Assembly: GCF_003704095.1 (NCBI RefSeq)
Contig: NW_020843442.1
Span: 124,001 to 188,000, forward strand
Source: Pocillopora damicornis
Taxonomy: Eukaryota
Length of the DNA: 64,000 nt
Direction of reading: 5' to 3'
In this document: piece by piece, positions 1 through 12,752 of the stretch
How the letters are laid out: every line of letters begins with the position of its first letter
How positions within the stretch are numbered: the first letter of the stretch is position 1
The notes under the pieces: generated by a model
Told to the model about the DNA's origin: nothing
What the model saw: only the letters and a program-made list of their open reading frames with translations
The model's database searches: none
Position numbers and translations under genes: made by a program

Positions 1-198
1 AAATATCACCTAAACATTAAGTTTTTGCAAAACTGTCTAAAGGGCTTCTTTTTAGCACTAAAAGAAAGATCTAACTACTTCAAAAAATCCCACCTATGAG
101 GAACTTTCAATGTCTACTGATCATCAAAAACCACATTCCAATATCAGACCTTGTTTCAATAACTGACCCAAGAAGTGTAAAATAGAGAAAAATCACAC

Positions 199-802
199 CT
201 TAGGATTTCTGTGTCCATCTGTCAGACATTTCTCAGGTTCCTTGGAAGGTGGTGAAGCTTGCCTACAACTTTGACTCACACCCTCATCTAGCAAACAAAC
301 ATCACTTGGAAAGCAAAGGAACAAAAAAAATTAACATGTATCTAAAGGGAAACACAAATGAAACAACTAAAATAAATTCCACTCATATTCTAAAAGTCAA
401 ATGACTATGGATATTGTGATCAAGCATCTCATAAATTACTTTAGTTTAAGAAGTTGAATTGTTATAGCTTGTGAAAATTAATTCTGTTAAATAATAACAA
501 ACGAAGTTAACGGTTCGAATTCGAGACAAAATTTTTACCCTCGGGTTCAAAGCTTGGATAACCAAATAAAACCTCAGGCATCACTTAGAAAGAAACGCAA
601 GTTTTCTATCGTCACTTCACTTCATCGTTTTAAGCGTTCATTGACAACAACTGACAGTATGACAGAAGATCGCGACTTGGTCGGAATAATACGGAAATCA
701 CGATCATATCCAAAAAAAAATCTTATTGGGACCAGATAAATACCCATTTTTGAACGGCAAAAACTTACTCATTCTCCGGAGAACCACCTGAGGCAAAGCC
801 AT
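199..802 (-). CDS. 5' coding exons of an unidentified gene running off the left edge (MALPQVVLRRMNEGVSQSCRQASPPSKEPEKCLTDGHRNPK...)
   Basis: Minus-strand exons 847-769 (ATG at 802, donor gtaagt) and 287-199 (acceptor ...gctag, donor gtgtga) join in frame at phase 1. No recognisable domain. Confidence 0.5.
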
Positions 803-1089
803 TTGTTTTCCAACCCGAGTATGGTCTTTGCTCAGCTTTATCAAGGCCTATATAGGAGGAAAAAAACTGACATTAGTGAACTGCAGCAGCAAGGCATTCG
901 ATTTATGTTTTGTTTAATGTGTGGAAGTTAGCTTCCTTTCCCACTTCACAAATGCTCAGGTAGAAATTGCAATACCTTCTAACAGGCTTTCACTCATTTT
1001 TTTCTATCAGGCATAACAAACAAACGGAGCAATTCCTGAAACTGGGGAGCAATCAACTGTACCATACGTGGCTCGAATAAAACTATTTC

Positions 1090-1710
1090 TCCGTTAACCG
1101 CCCGCCATTTTGCAAGCAAATTTTTCAGCCTCGCTTTGGTGCCAAGGGCTGTTCGTAAAATTCACAGCGGAACTGAAACCATCATATGCGCAACGATCCG
1201 AATTAGAGCTGCGCAGATTTCCAGATGTAAACAGTACGGTGGCTAACGTTCTTTCCTGAGGCAGCGCTGTAATCAAATGCGATGGACTGAGCGGAAACTG
1301 TACATTTATCCACTTGATCTGCTCTTAGATATGTAAGATGATATTTCAGGAACGGTCAAGCGAGGGTGTGGTATTGCCTGTGGAGGTTTTTGCGCCGAAA
1401 ACGTACACGGACCAGACTGGTATGTCCTTCAGTTGCTTTTTCTTATTTAAAATTTTTAACTGGGAAGGACTAGAGTGCGTGTTTGTTTTCGAAACTATCG
1501 TCAGTTTTACATCCGGTTTTAAAAGTTTCAAAAGTTCTTACGGTACAAGTTGATATCTGGATCCGGTTTAAGCCGAGTTATTTATGTACACGTCAACGAC
1601 CGTCGTTACACTTTGTTTTGGTTTCGCCTTTTGTTTCCAATGGGTCACAAGCAAAGCCTTTTATTTTCCAGGGTTGGAAACTGCTCATGTGAGAACCGGA
1701 AGTTAGTGAA
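1090..1710. promoter_or_regulatory. Probable bidirectional promoter between the minus-strand gene and kinase gene 1
   Basis: YY1-type CAAAATGGCGG on minus (~1101-1112), ETS-type ACCGGAAGT at 1695-1703, CpG enrichment relative to flanks, divergent genes on both sides. Confidence 0.5.
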
Positions 1711-1980
1711 AAAGAGAAAAAAAAATTGAATGACCATTTGTTTTATTTCAAAGAGAATATATCGATACAATAAATTAAACTATTACTTTTGGCAGAAGAG
1801 ATTGGAAATATTATCAATCTCGCCGAAACAATCAGGGTGTAATTGCTGTTAATGTCTCCCAATAGGTCTCACTTTATTAAATCTGTTTGTCTTTATCATT
1901 AATAATATGTTTCTTCTTTCTTTAAAACAGGCCACCTTGGCTGATTTTCCAATGAGAATTCCAATGTGATTGGCTCAGCT

Positions 1981-4900
1981 ATGGAACCATTTGCGCGAGA
2001 CAAGGGTGAAGGAACAAAGAAAGTAATTGTAGCCAGTGACAGTGCTCGTAATCACAGTCTTAGAGCAAGATCATCAAAGAGCTTAAGCTCTCAGAGGCAC
2101 AATAAAAACCGTGCAAAAACCTACAATGGATACCACATTACTAACAGCAATACATGGCAGAGAGGCCCAGTAAATCTAACAGCAGGAAATGCCAGCATGG
2201 AGAAAATTCCTTTGGGACACTACAGAAGTGGAAACAACTCAAACAATTTGTACCCTGGCATACACCTTGATCATTCCAGTAACTTTTCATCAAACTCTAG
2301 AATTGCAAAGTTCAATGCAACACTTTTTTCTTCAGCCTCTCATCTTACAAATCAAGGATCTGATATCGAGGAAGCCATGGATATTGATCACCAGGAGATG
2401 AATGATGAAGGTGTTGGTTTTGAAGGAAATAGTACATCTGTTTTACAAGAGGGAATTAATGCTTCCAGGCAGTTGGGAGCTCCAGTAGAAGATCAACCTT
2501 TGGAACACAAGATCAAAATAGTTGTTGGTGAATCTTCCTCTTCAGGTGAAAAATCAAAGGTAAGTATCAGAGACAATAAGATTGTGGGATATTTTGAAAA
2601 AGTAATTACACAGTAAGTTTTAATTGAGGTAGTCAAAACTATTCTTGCATTCCGGGACCACCCAATTTTCTTTGGCAAATCATGACACCAGTTTCAAACA
2701 ATCATAGATCATTTCATTATTCCATGCCAATTACAGCAAGGTTAATCTGTTAACATGGCTCCTTTGTTTATGTTTAAATTTAGTTATTTCCATCACCACA
2801 CCAATAAATGATAACTGAGAATTTCATTGAAGGCACAAATTAACTTGGTTATACTTATTTGCTAAGAATGAATTGACTAATAAGCAATTTACACCTTAAT
2901 TTGAATTAAAACAAAGAATGCACCAGTGTTATAAGGTGTTTTATGACCAGAAAATAAATATTGGTTACACTAACTCCCATAAATGACTAAGAAATAATTT
3001 TTCCTTACAGTATGAATACAATATCAGGCAGAGTGAGTATAACAAAAAATATTAATTAGGGGATTATCATCTGATCGTACATCAAATTCTCAGAACAAAC
3101 TGTATAAGGAATGTATGACAGATTGTAAGGAGAATTTTCATTTTAGAAATTGGTTGTGAATGGGTTAAAATTGTCTTATTTTCCTTACCTATTAGGAACC
3201 AAAGCAAGAAATTCAGATAGCAAAGCAGAAAAAAGAGGTAAAGGAACAGAAGCTGCAAACACTGAAAGCTGCTCCGACTGTGTCAGTGAACCGGAAGAGG
3301 CCAATTTACATTGTCCTTCATGTGGGTAACATTCAGATTGGAGAGTTTACAGGAAAGGCATCAGCTCCAGTAAAGGTATATATAAGGCAATGAGTTTGTT
3401 AGGGGTACGTCATATTTGATTTACAAGTAATTACTGGTAATGCAAAGAAACAAAGTGATCTTGGTCCTTAATGCTTTTACTGCCGAGATCTTTTAAGAAA
3501 TTCTCCTTACTATATGCCATAAAATTCTTATGATGATAATGCCGAGAATTAGGTATCAGATTAACTTATAATTACCTAATTAATTAATATTTTTCTTCTG
3601 CTCATCATTCATCTGCTTGGTACTCTACGTGTATTGTGAGAAGAGATTCTGTCTTGGTCAGTCATGGTAGTTTAAGTGTTAACCCTTTCACAGCCATGAT
3701 CTCATCAGTAATTCTACTAACTGCCTGCTATACAATTTTCTTGATGTGAGTGAAGATGTAAGAATTTATTATTGGATCATCTCACAATCCCCTAATTTAA
3801 ATTTTTCTTTATTCTCGTCATTTGTCTGCTTGATATTGAAAGGAGAAATTCTGTATTGATAACTCATGGGAGTTGAAGGGATAGCACCCTATCATATATA
3901 ATGATAATGATAATGATAAGGAATTTATTTAGCGCTAAAACTATAAACAATAATCAGAAGCACTTTACATAAGTTAAAGTTCTATGCTAATTAAAATATT
4001 ATAATCTACCATGCACTATGAATTTTTTTCTATTAAGAATTTTTAAAAGACCGGGGAAAAATTGCATGAATGCCATGATTTGAACAATTGATACTAATAA
4101 TTATTTATTAATAGTTGTGATTGAGTGATGAAGTACTTGCAATTTTTTTTAATAGATATATGCAGAGAAAATTTTCATAGAAATGGAGACAAATGAAGGT
4201 AAACTCACCCTCTTTACTATTTTGTCATAAGAGCTGTAATTTGGAAAGTGCATGGTTCTCACACAAATAAAACCCTCAAGGTAATTTATCAAATGTTTTT
4301 ATGCTTGATTAGGAATTGGTTCCAAAACTGTTTCGCACCACTTCAGAATTCCCTGTAAAGATTTAACAGAATGCAAGGTAAATTACTAATGTTACTTACT
4401 GGTATGCTCTGGTTTTTCTAGTTTCTTCCTTTCCAGTACAGTTTTCAAAATTATGACAGCTAGTAGCTTGATTATTTTTATCATCAGTATTTTAATCAAT
4501 AGATTTATACTAAATGCTTCTTGTGCTGCACAGTAGCATAAAGTGATAGTCTCAGCCACTGTTTGTTCTTTGTCTTTCGATAGGCAAGTTTTGTGGGTTC
4601 CCCTTTACTTCTTGTTGCCAGACCAACTCCTGCTGGGGCAGCTGCCATTTGTGAAAAATGTAAGGATCAAGGAAAATTTCTAGACCCTGAAAGTCAAGGT
4701 ATGCCAGCTGTCATATATAGAGAATGATGCAGAATTTATTCCTTTATCCTTGATTTTTGATCCTCAAGCCTCAGTTCTCAACTGTCCCTTCAGGGGTTTT
4801 AAAACAGTTCAACAACTGCCAGAGTGCCACTAGCTACTCAATAACATGTCGCTGGTTACTTTGGTCAAAATAATTACCTTTAAGTCCTTAATGAACTTTT

Positions 4901-7900
4901 CACAGTCACTTACTTTTGCAAAGTCTGATGCCTACTTCAAACCTTTTTGAAACCCCTGCCTCTGATTGTCTATAGGTTTGTAGGATTGAGTTTTGAGTCA
5001 AAACTGTCAACTTAGTTTTCAATGATACTATACATCAATTATATTTTGTACCAGATACAAAAAAGAGGGATATTGTTCTGGTGATGAATTACAAAGTGAT
5101 ACCAAGAGACACTAAAGCTGACTTAATTGAGTTGGTGGGTTTTCTATCTTTGTTGTGTTCCACAATAATTAAGAAATAATTATTTCTAATTGTATACTCT
5201 AATTCTATATCTCAGTGTGTTTAACTGATGATCCAAATTTTGTGACTCAAGGTTTAATGCCTCTATCTGCTTGCATTTTCCTTTGCATTCAATTACCAAT
5301 TAAAAAAGCACTTACAGTCACTTGCTTTGACTGGGGAATGAACGTATAGCTTCTCCATAGCTGGTAAGATATTAATCAGAAAAGCATTTAGCTGGGAAAC
5401 TTACTCTTTCAACTTCCAAACTGAAGAGCAAAATTGATTGTAAATTTTTCTCCATATTTCAGTTTCAGAACCGTTTTGCTGAACAGCTATTGTGGAGTGA
5501 GCTGAGGTATACAGAGAATAAACATTAGCTAAATATTTCATTTTGCTTTAAATGTGGGAGGGAGAGTATTGATATTGCTCCTCTTTAACTTAACTGCACA
5601 CAACCATCTTTGGAGTTGTTCTAAAATAATTCTACCAGAATGGTCACTCTTAGGGGCTTTTTCAACAAATAAGAGAAAGAGGAAGCTGTAGCTTGGAAGT
5701 TAGCTATTAGGTAGTGCAGCAAGGAGCTGCTAGAGATGGGCAGGCTAGAAAGCCTCAGCCCTGCCCTTTTCTCCCCTTCAAATGCACCTATGAACATCAA
5801 CTTGCTTGCCCTTCCCAAGAAAAAAATTGCTTTTTTTGTTGTTATCCCAAGTTTAAAGGAAGCACAGGAATTTTTCGACAAGAAGCAAGATGTTGTTGTC
5901 CCCTGTGAACAGCCACAAAGTCCACATCCACCAATCACAGGAGGCCCAAACACAGAAGGCCCAAGCACAGGAAGCTCAAGCACAGGAAGCCCGAGCACTG
6001 GAAGCCCGAGCACTGGAAGCCCGAGCACAGGAAGCCTGAGCACAGGATGCCTGAGCACAAGAAGCCCGATCAATTTAGAGCAAAGGAAAATACTAACACC
6101 CAAAGGTACTGTTGTATTCTGTTATTAAAATAATCCGTGTAATTAAAATACTCTTCATGAAGAACTCTTTTAGTTACATGCCGCGAACTTGGGAATCTGT
6201 GTAATTTAGTTGAGATAGTTCCGTTTGTTTTGTGTTCATTCATGTATATAGCTTATTCATTTTTTATATCACTCTCGTACTTTTTGTGTATTTCGGAATC
6301 AAGTTATGAAAACCTTTTTAAGTCATTCATGGTAAAACGTCATCTCTACTCTGCTACTCTGCATGTTGCAGCACATGCACTGAGTTGCAGCCCATGCACT
6401 GAGTTGCAGCCATGACATGTACATCGTAATAAAGGCTAAGAATGCATGCAAGATGGAATTGCACAGGTGCTACACATTGACCTGCTTCTCTTACATGTAG
6501 TATGATGCAACTATAGGTCTTGTTATTCATCCTGGATAATTGTAGGTTACCGCCCCTTCTCNNNNNNNNNNCCCCCCCCCCCCCCCCCCACCCCCAACCT
6601 CATTTTTTGCTCACGTACCAATATATATATGTGCTTGGACCTAAACGACCCTATTTACTTCTTTTTTTTTGTCAGCACTAGATAATTTTTTATGTTCATT
6701 TCTTTACGCAGGTAAAAAGCATGCTCGGAAAAAGCTTCTCACAAATGAAACAAAGTCTCCTCCGGTGAGGAATTCTTATATCGTGTTTCGTAAACTTCCT
6801 TTGTGTGTATAAATCATTGAGGAAGAATTGCAATAATAGGACCAGGGTCGTAAAAGGAGCCATTAGGTTAATCAATGAATATTTTGAGGGAAACCGTTAC
6901 AGTTATCAGAATGTCGATTCTTTTTCGGGGGAATGGGGTAGGTGCGGTCACCGACGTGGAAAAGTGATGAAACAATTGTACATGGCAGTTTACCCTTAAA
7001 ACTGAAAGGGTGACGTTCGTCAAAAAATAATTGGTTTTTTTTCTTTTGTTTTTTTTCATACAGGCCAAGGAACCAGTATCTCCCTCTAGTGGTGTAAAGC
7101 AGGCTGAATCGGGATGTCAGACGGAAAAAAATGACTCAGCAGAAAACGCCATACTAACTCGGAGTAGACGAAGGAAGGCGTCAGAGGTCCTTAACATGGA
7201 CAAACCTGAAACAACTGGTTTTGAACCTGTCAAGCTGGACATTCTTCTCCATCATACAAAAATGCAGTCGCAAATCACCTTACTGGATCAGCACAGCAAG
7301 GAGCAAAGGGAGAATTTACAACAACACCAGAAGCTGCTTGAAATAGAAAGGGGAAAGCTGCAGGAAATGGAGGAAGAGAAAGAACGACAACTCGGGCGAA
7401 TGAGAGACTTGGAGATAAGTTATTCCACCGATAGAGAACGTCTTCGAGTCTTAGAAAACACTGTGGTGGAAAAGGATCGCGTCTTAGCACAACAAGCTGC
7501 TAATTTAGCTATGATTAATAATGAACTAGAACGAGAGCGTGTTTCGTTGCGACAGCTTCAAATAGAGCTCGAACAAGAGCGTGAAGCGGGTTCCCATTTG
7601 CGCAAAGTTCAAAATGATCTTGTTCGTGTTCGTCGAGCGCTGGATGAAGAGAAAACTGTGCGCGACATGAGAGAGCAGCAACTGAGGGAGAAGGAGACAA
7701 GCTTGCTCGAAATACAAAGAACACTGAGTGACGAACAGCAGGAAAGATTAAGGCTGGAAGAGGAGCTGCGGCAAGCGAGAAATGCCTGCACCCAGCTGGA
7801 GAGAAGTCTGGAAAGTGAACGGTTGTCGAGTCAGTCCAGTCAAGAAGATATTCAAACAAAGCAGGACACTATTGCTGAACAGCTCGATCTTTTACAGCAG

Positions 7901-9360
7901 GAACGCGAGGAGAAGAGAGATCTGGAGGAAAGGTTAAGGAACCTGCAGATTCAAGTGGACGAGGAGCGAAGCAGGCGTATCTCAACGGAGAGAGAACTAG
8001 ATGAAGAAAGAATGATTGTGCAACAGAATAGAGAGACCATGGGGCGAGAGCGCGAACAGTACGAACAACGAATCCGAGAGAGTGAACGAACCGCGTCCGA
8101 AAGCGAACGTCGACTGCGAGAATTGCAATCAGCGGTTTCTGTGGCGCAAGACGCCTTAGCCGAATATCGTCGCCTTGAGCCACGTGACTGGATTATTCGA
8201 AGAGAGGAAGTAACTCTCACTGAAAACAGTTTGGGTGTAGGGGCCTGGGGAAAGGTTTACGGAGGAACGTTTCGCGGTTGTCAAGTCGCGGTGAAACAAA
8301 TTCACGATCTTATTCTGTCACCGCATAATCGCAGACTTTTTGAGCGTGAAATGAGTATCGCATCACGATGCCGACATCCTCACCTGCTACAGTTTATTGG
8401 TGCGACGAATGATGATGGCAGCCCTTTGTTTATAACCGAACTACTCGATACGGATTTGAGGAGAGTTTTAGAACAGCGGGCTCTGCACCAAGAGGAGATC
8501 ATCTGTCTCGCTTTGGATGTCGCCAAAGGACTTAACTATCTCCATCTTAACAAACCTTTCCCCATCATGCATAGAGACATTAGCAGCTCAAACGTGTTGC
8601 TATGGAGACGGGATGACTGTTGGAGGGCAAAGCTTTCAGACTACGGAGCAGCAAATTTCATGCGCCAATACATGACAGTCAATCCAGGAGCCAGAATTTA
8701 CGCTGCTCCTGAGGCCCTTACTTCCCAGCAATCTCCAAAGGTAAAGATGTGTACGTATTATTAATAAAAGTTCCTCGCGGAACCTTAGATCCCTATTCGA
8801 ATTTTGATCAGTGTTTTTAGCTTGTTATCAGCTGCATGTATTTTCATTGAGTCTCCCTTGTTTTATATCAATGTCCTCTACTTTTGCGCAGTAATGCCTG
8901 TTACTTCCCGCTTTTGTGGAAAATCTATTTTAGGACACCTCTAATCATGAAATTAGATTCAGACACCTACTGAGTGCTCCTGTTACCTTTAGTATCTGAT
9001 ATATTCATTGAGAGGGACACTCCTATTCTGAGACACTTTCTCTAGTGACGATTTAATCCCTTGACTGAAAGTCCCACTTAACATCGTTACGACTACTTCA
9101 CCTTCCAGGCGGATGTGTACAGTTACGGTTTACTGCTATGCGAGATGTGCATCAGAGAGCTTCCGGTTCCGCAACAGATCCATCAACAAATAGGCCTGGT
9201 AACGAACGGTGTTCTCCGAGAGCTCATCATGCGGTGTGTCCTAACAGACCCTGAAACGCGTCCCTCTGTCAGTGACGTCATCGCGGTGCTAACTCAGCAA
9301 TCGGAGTCCATACGAGCGCTGGGACTGGTGTCATTGAATGGAAGAACAGCTACTTTATGA
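1981..9360 (+). CDS. Kinase 1: TKL-like Ser/Thr kinase, ~1113 aa (disordered N-terminus, PH-like domain, GSPST repeats, coiled coil, C-terminal kinase)
   Basis: Exons 1981-2559, 3196-3375, 4156-4198, 4313-4377, 4584-4698, 5055-5134, 5463-5506, 5852-6105, 6712-6764, 7064-8740, 9109-9360; all GT-AG, phases match, total 3342 nt. In-frame TGA at 1942 lies upstream of the ATG. Motifs GVGAWG, VAVK, HRDISSSN, DYG, YAAPE, DVYSYG. Confidence 0.85.
3468..3885. mobile_element. Two adjacent ~210 bp TTAA/CCC-terminated (piggyBac-like) MITE copies
   Basis: Share the body (aattctccttact...aggagaaattctgtcttggtca) with copies at 46775-46986, 47566-47777, 48502-48882 and 60275-60453; ttaaccctt at 3679. Confidence 0.6.
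3899..4050 (-). mobile_element. LINE (L2-like) 3' end remnant
   Basis: Minus strand reads gtaaagtgcttctga...gcgctaaataaattcc followed by a (TTATCA)n tail. Confidence 0.4.
5958..6069 (+). repeat. Coding 15-bp tandem repeat (~7 units) encoding GSPST-like pentapeptides
   Basis: ggaagcccgagcac(t/a) units translate GPST-GSSST-GSPST-GSPST-GSPST-GSLST-GCLST-RSP. Confidence 0.9.
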
Positions 9361-9920
9361 AACCTTAGTATGTCTTCGTTCTCACGAACTTGTTAGAGTA
9401 ACTTTGAACTTTGGTGTAACACCGGTACAATTTTCTTGGAGGGAAATCTGTGCGTTTTTTATTGTTTTAAATATCTTACCATCTTATTTAAACGTTGAGT
9501 TTATTTATGATTTCAAGGATTTTAATACCAAAAAAAAAGTGAAAAAAGAAATAAAAAACAGAACTTATTATTTATCATCATGAACTCATGCGTCATAGAA
9601 AAGCCAAAGAAATGTCAGTGTGATTTTACTTGATCACGCTTCGTTTCGGATCCAACAGGTGCGTATGCAGACTATGTAGCCTTAAGCTAGGCTACCATTA
9701 TGTGGGGTGGTTTGCGAAAATGGTGACGCGAATACTTGAAAAACCTGGCCGCATTTCACTCCAAGACCCATTGAACTACTTTGTGGTTGAAAATGCCGAT
9801 TTGAGTGGCTATACCCAGTTCTTTTTGTATTCAAGAGGTTTATTTCACAAGAATAGAGAAAAGTGGAAAGTGGGTGGAAAATGAAAGCCATGACATTAAA
9901 GGAAGTGGTCTTGAAGGTAA

Positions 9921-11324
9921 AAATATTGTGACCTCTGGCCAGATTTTAAGTGTTGTTATCGCCATGTGATTGCCCTGTTTTCTTACCGATTACGTAGCGT
10001 GTATTTTGAGCACGATATGCATAATTTAAACTTGAGCAGGTCTTTTGTCCATGACAAGTCAACCATGCAGTTTGACAACGCAATGCCAATAATAATTAGC
10101 ATTTGAAACACTTATCAAAGGTTTAACAACAAGCGACTGAAGTGAACTTTCCCTAAACGTTCGCACCTCGGTTCTCAGTCAGTTGATGTGCATCTCGACA
10201 AGTTGTAAAGATAACTTTTGATAAATCTCTCACACGAGCGAGCGATAAAGTTAAAGGATGTGTTAGCAACGTTAAGTGAGGGTTCTGTTAGTTGCTTTCC
10301 ACGTTACAAACCTGTGTCTTCAAAGAATTTAAATTTCGACTTCCGTAGTAGATTGAAAGGAATCAGACATGGGGAATACGGTAAGTTTCCTCGTTTTAGA
10401 TCCTCAGTGTTATGTGATTCTTTAAGTTTGCAGCCAATAACGGTTGTATTTGATAAACGTGTTTGAAAGAGGTCTTTACCGTTTCCGCTTTACCGTTTCT
10501 ACGCTCACGAAAAGCAGTTTGATGCTCGTACGATGGACTCGTTGTAGATGGTGACAGAGTTATGAAGGGTTTACTAGGGAACCGAACCGCAGCGACTAAC
10601 CGAACATGAGATTTTATGTTTATTACTTCAATTCTGCATCGAAATTACTTTAGCCATGACGAGTAGCTGTTTTAAAAACTCATCCGCTGACCAGTGGCTA
10701 GCTAATACTGTTTACATCTAAGTTAGAACTGTTCTTGGGAATTTTACTTGCACGAGTACTTCTCTTATAACTACACCGTCCGAAGATACATCATACCAAT
10801 GTTTAAAAAGAAGGGATCAAAGATAGCATGAACTTGTTAAGATAATTGGTGCTTCTTTGAAACGAAAGAATGCAAACTTGACTTTGGTAGAAACTATGTT
10901 ATTATTAGTGAAGTGTCGAAAAGTGGGAGGGCCCAACAAGGAATATTTAGCTCAGGGGTGCGGCATGGTTGTTCGTGCGTCATTACCGAAAGCCAATTGT
11001 TTTGTCCTCAGCCCCACCAAATTCAGTCATTAAGCATTTATCCTATGACGTCTAAGTCTTTAAAATTTCGAAATGATGCTTGAACCTGAATAGGATGCGA
11101 TTACATTGTAAGCAGACCGCTTACTGGAAAACTTGAACAGGATGAAACCTTATCCCTTATGTCTTCAAGTCAGCGATGGAAATTCGTAATTCATGGACTA
11201 ACGCGACTTATTTTCCCATTTCTCTCTTATTCCACACCTAGTCCTCGTCCTCGAAAAATATTTAAATGATAAACATGAATTGCGGGTGTGGAGTCGCACA
11301 GCTGTTTCCAAGTTGGCTTACATC

Positions 11325-11326
<2 letters not shown>
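9921..11326 (+). repeat. Kinase-2 upstream block, segmentally duplicated
   Basis: Diverged copies at 27490-28676 (+, lacking ~240 bp near its start) and 12753-13785 (inverted). Confidence 0.9.
10905..11043. mobile_element. Degenerate palindromic ~130 bp element (Crypton-like MITE)
   Basis: Imperfect palindrome gtgggagggccc..aatatt / gccaa..ttt..ccc..tcagtca.taag. Also inside the duplicated blocks (~13050-13185, ~28280-28420), with an independent copy at ~43845-43962. Family assignment is from recall. Confidence 0.4.
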
Positions 11327-11392
<66 letters not shown>

Positions 11393-11565
11393 CCTCAAAA
11401 ACGTCCTTGCTTTCAGGAGGGTTTTTCATAAGATTGCGTGAACGAAACCTTAATTTTGATAACAGTTTGTGGATGTTTAAGATTTCACAAATTCAGCGAG
11501 TTCAGATAAGTGTTACAAGCTCTTACAAAAACTTTATCTTTCAGAGCATAAAAGAACTTGAACAA

Positions 11566-12652
11566 ATGGGAGAAGTCATCCCAGAATTCAGCTCACAGGA
11601 CTCTTCAGATGTCGAGAGAACTTTCCAAGTTGTTGGAAACAAAGATGACGAAAACACGGTATCTAATGAAGAAATCCCAGCAGGTGACAATTTTAAGGCC
11701 AAAGCCAGACCAAAGAAAGAGAAAAAGCGAGATAATTTGAAAACGGAGAGCAAAGCTGATCAAGAACTTTCCGAAACATACCTTGAAGAGCACATTCCCC
11801 GTAAAAAGAAGGCCATGAAAGCAAAGATTAAACATTTATTGATAGAACTGCATGGAAAAGATGAAATTCTTTCAAAAGGAAAGGAAATTCTTGACCGTTT
11901 GACTGTTGAACGAGAACGTCACTTGGAGCGCATTGAGGAAAAGGAGCAGGTCATTGAAGGCAAGGAATTTGTTATCCAGTCTTTTCAAGAGAAAATGCAA
12001 ACATTTATTCAACGAATAGACGAAAAAGAGTCAGAGCTAAGAGAAAAAGAACGATTATTAAATGAAGCGAATGATCGAATTGAGCTGTTACAGAAACAGC
12101 AAGCCGAACAAGAGGAGATTGTGAAAGAAATGCAGAGCACAATGGAAAATTTGGATAAGCAAACGAAAAACGGCTATCATTCCAGAGAAGCATTCAATGC
12201 TGACTTAGATGTTAAAGTTGAGTTTGAGTCCCTCAAGAGAGAAAATGAACGCTATAAGCTACAACTGCAGGAAAATCTTAGCACTCTGAGAGAGAGAGAA
12301 CGCGAGATAAACTCTTTAAAGCGTGAAAAGGAAACTATTCAACAAGAGAAAAGACATTGCGATCAGATCAGTCTTGAACGAAAGTTTTCAGTCGATCGAT
12401 TAAACAGAGAGAAGGAAAGAGGCTTGGCATATCTCGACCAGTTAGAGATAAGACTAAAAGAGAAGGACCAGGCAATGCAGCAAGCTCGAGATGAGAGTAT
12501 TGAACTCCGAGATCAACTTAAACGCAAAGATAATTTGCTTTTGGAGAAGGACAGGACTTTGGAAACGTTAGAAAACTCAAGAAAAGGGACGTCTGACCGA
12601 TTGGATAGACTCGAGAAGCAATGGCAGGACGAGCGCAGAACACAACGAAATG
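11566..12652 (+). CDS. Kinase 2 copy A: N-terminal coiled-coil part, truncated by an assembly gap
   Basis: MGEVIPEFS...; nearly identical to 15140-16228; open frame with CGA(Arg) at 12598-12600; runs into Ns at 12653. Confidence 0.75.
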
Positions 12653-12752
12653 NNNNNNNNNNNNNNNNNNNNNNNNNNNNNNNNNNNNNNNNNNNNNNNN
12701 NNNNNNNNNNNNNNNNNNNNNNNNNNNNNNNNNNNNNNNNNNNNNNNNNNNN

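Noticed and set aside
5621-6103. Minus-strand ORF with LPVLG repeats, and other antisense ORFs over coiled-coil genes (7275-8220, 35354-36262)
   Set aside because: Shadows of the plus-strand coding sequence.
11266-11565. Polyproline N-terminal extension in ORF 11266-12825
   Set aside because: It derives from a ~65-nt C run; the paralog has ctcccccctcttccccag and an in-frame stop upstream of MGEV. Likely a homopolymer or gap-fill artefact in non-coding sequence.
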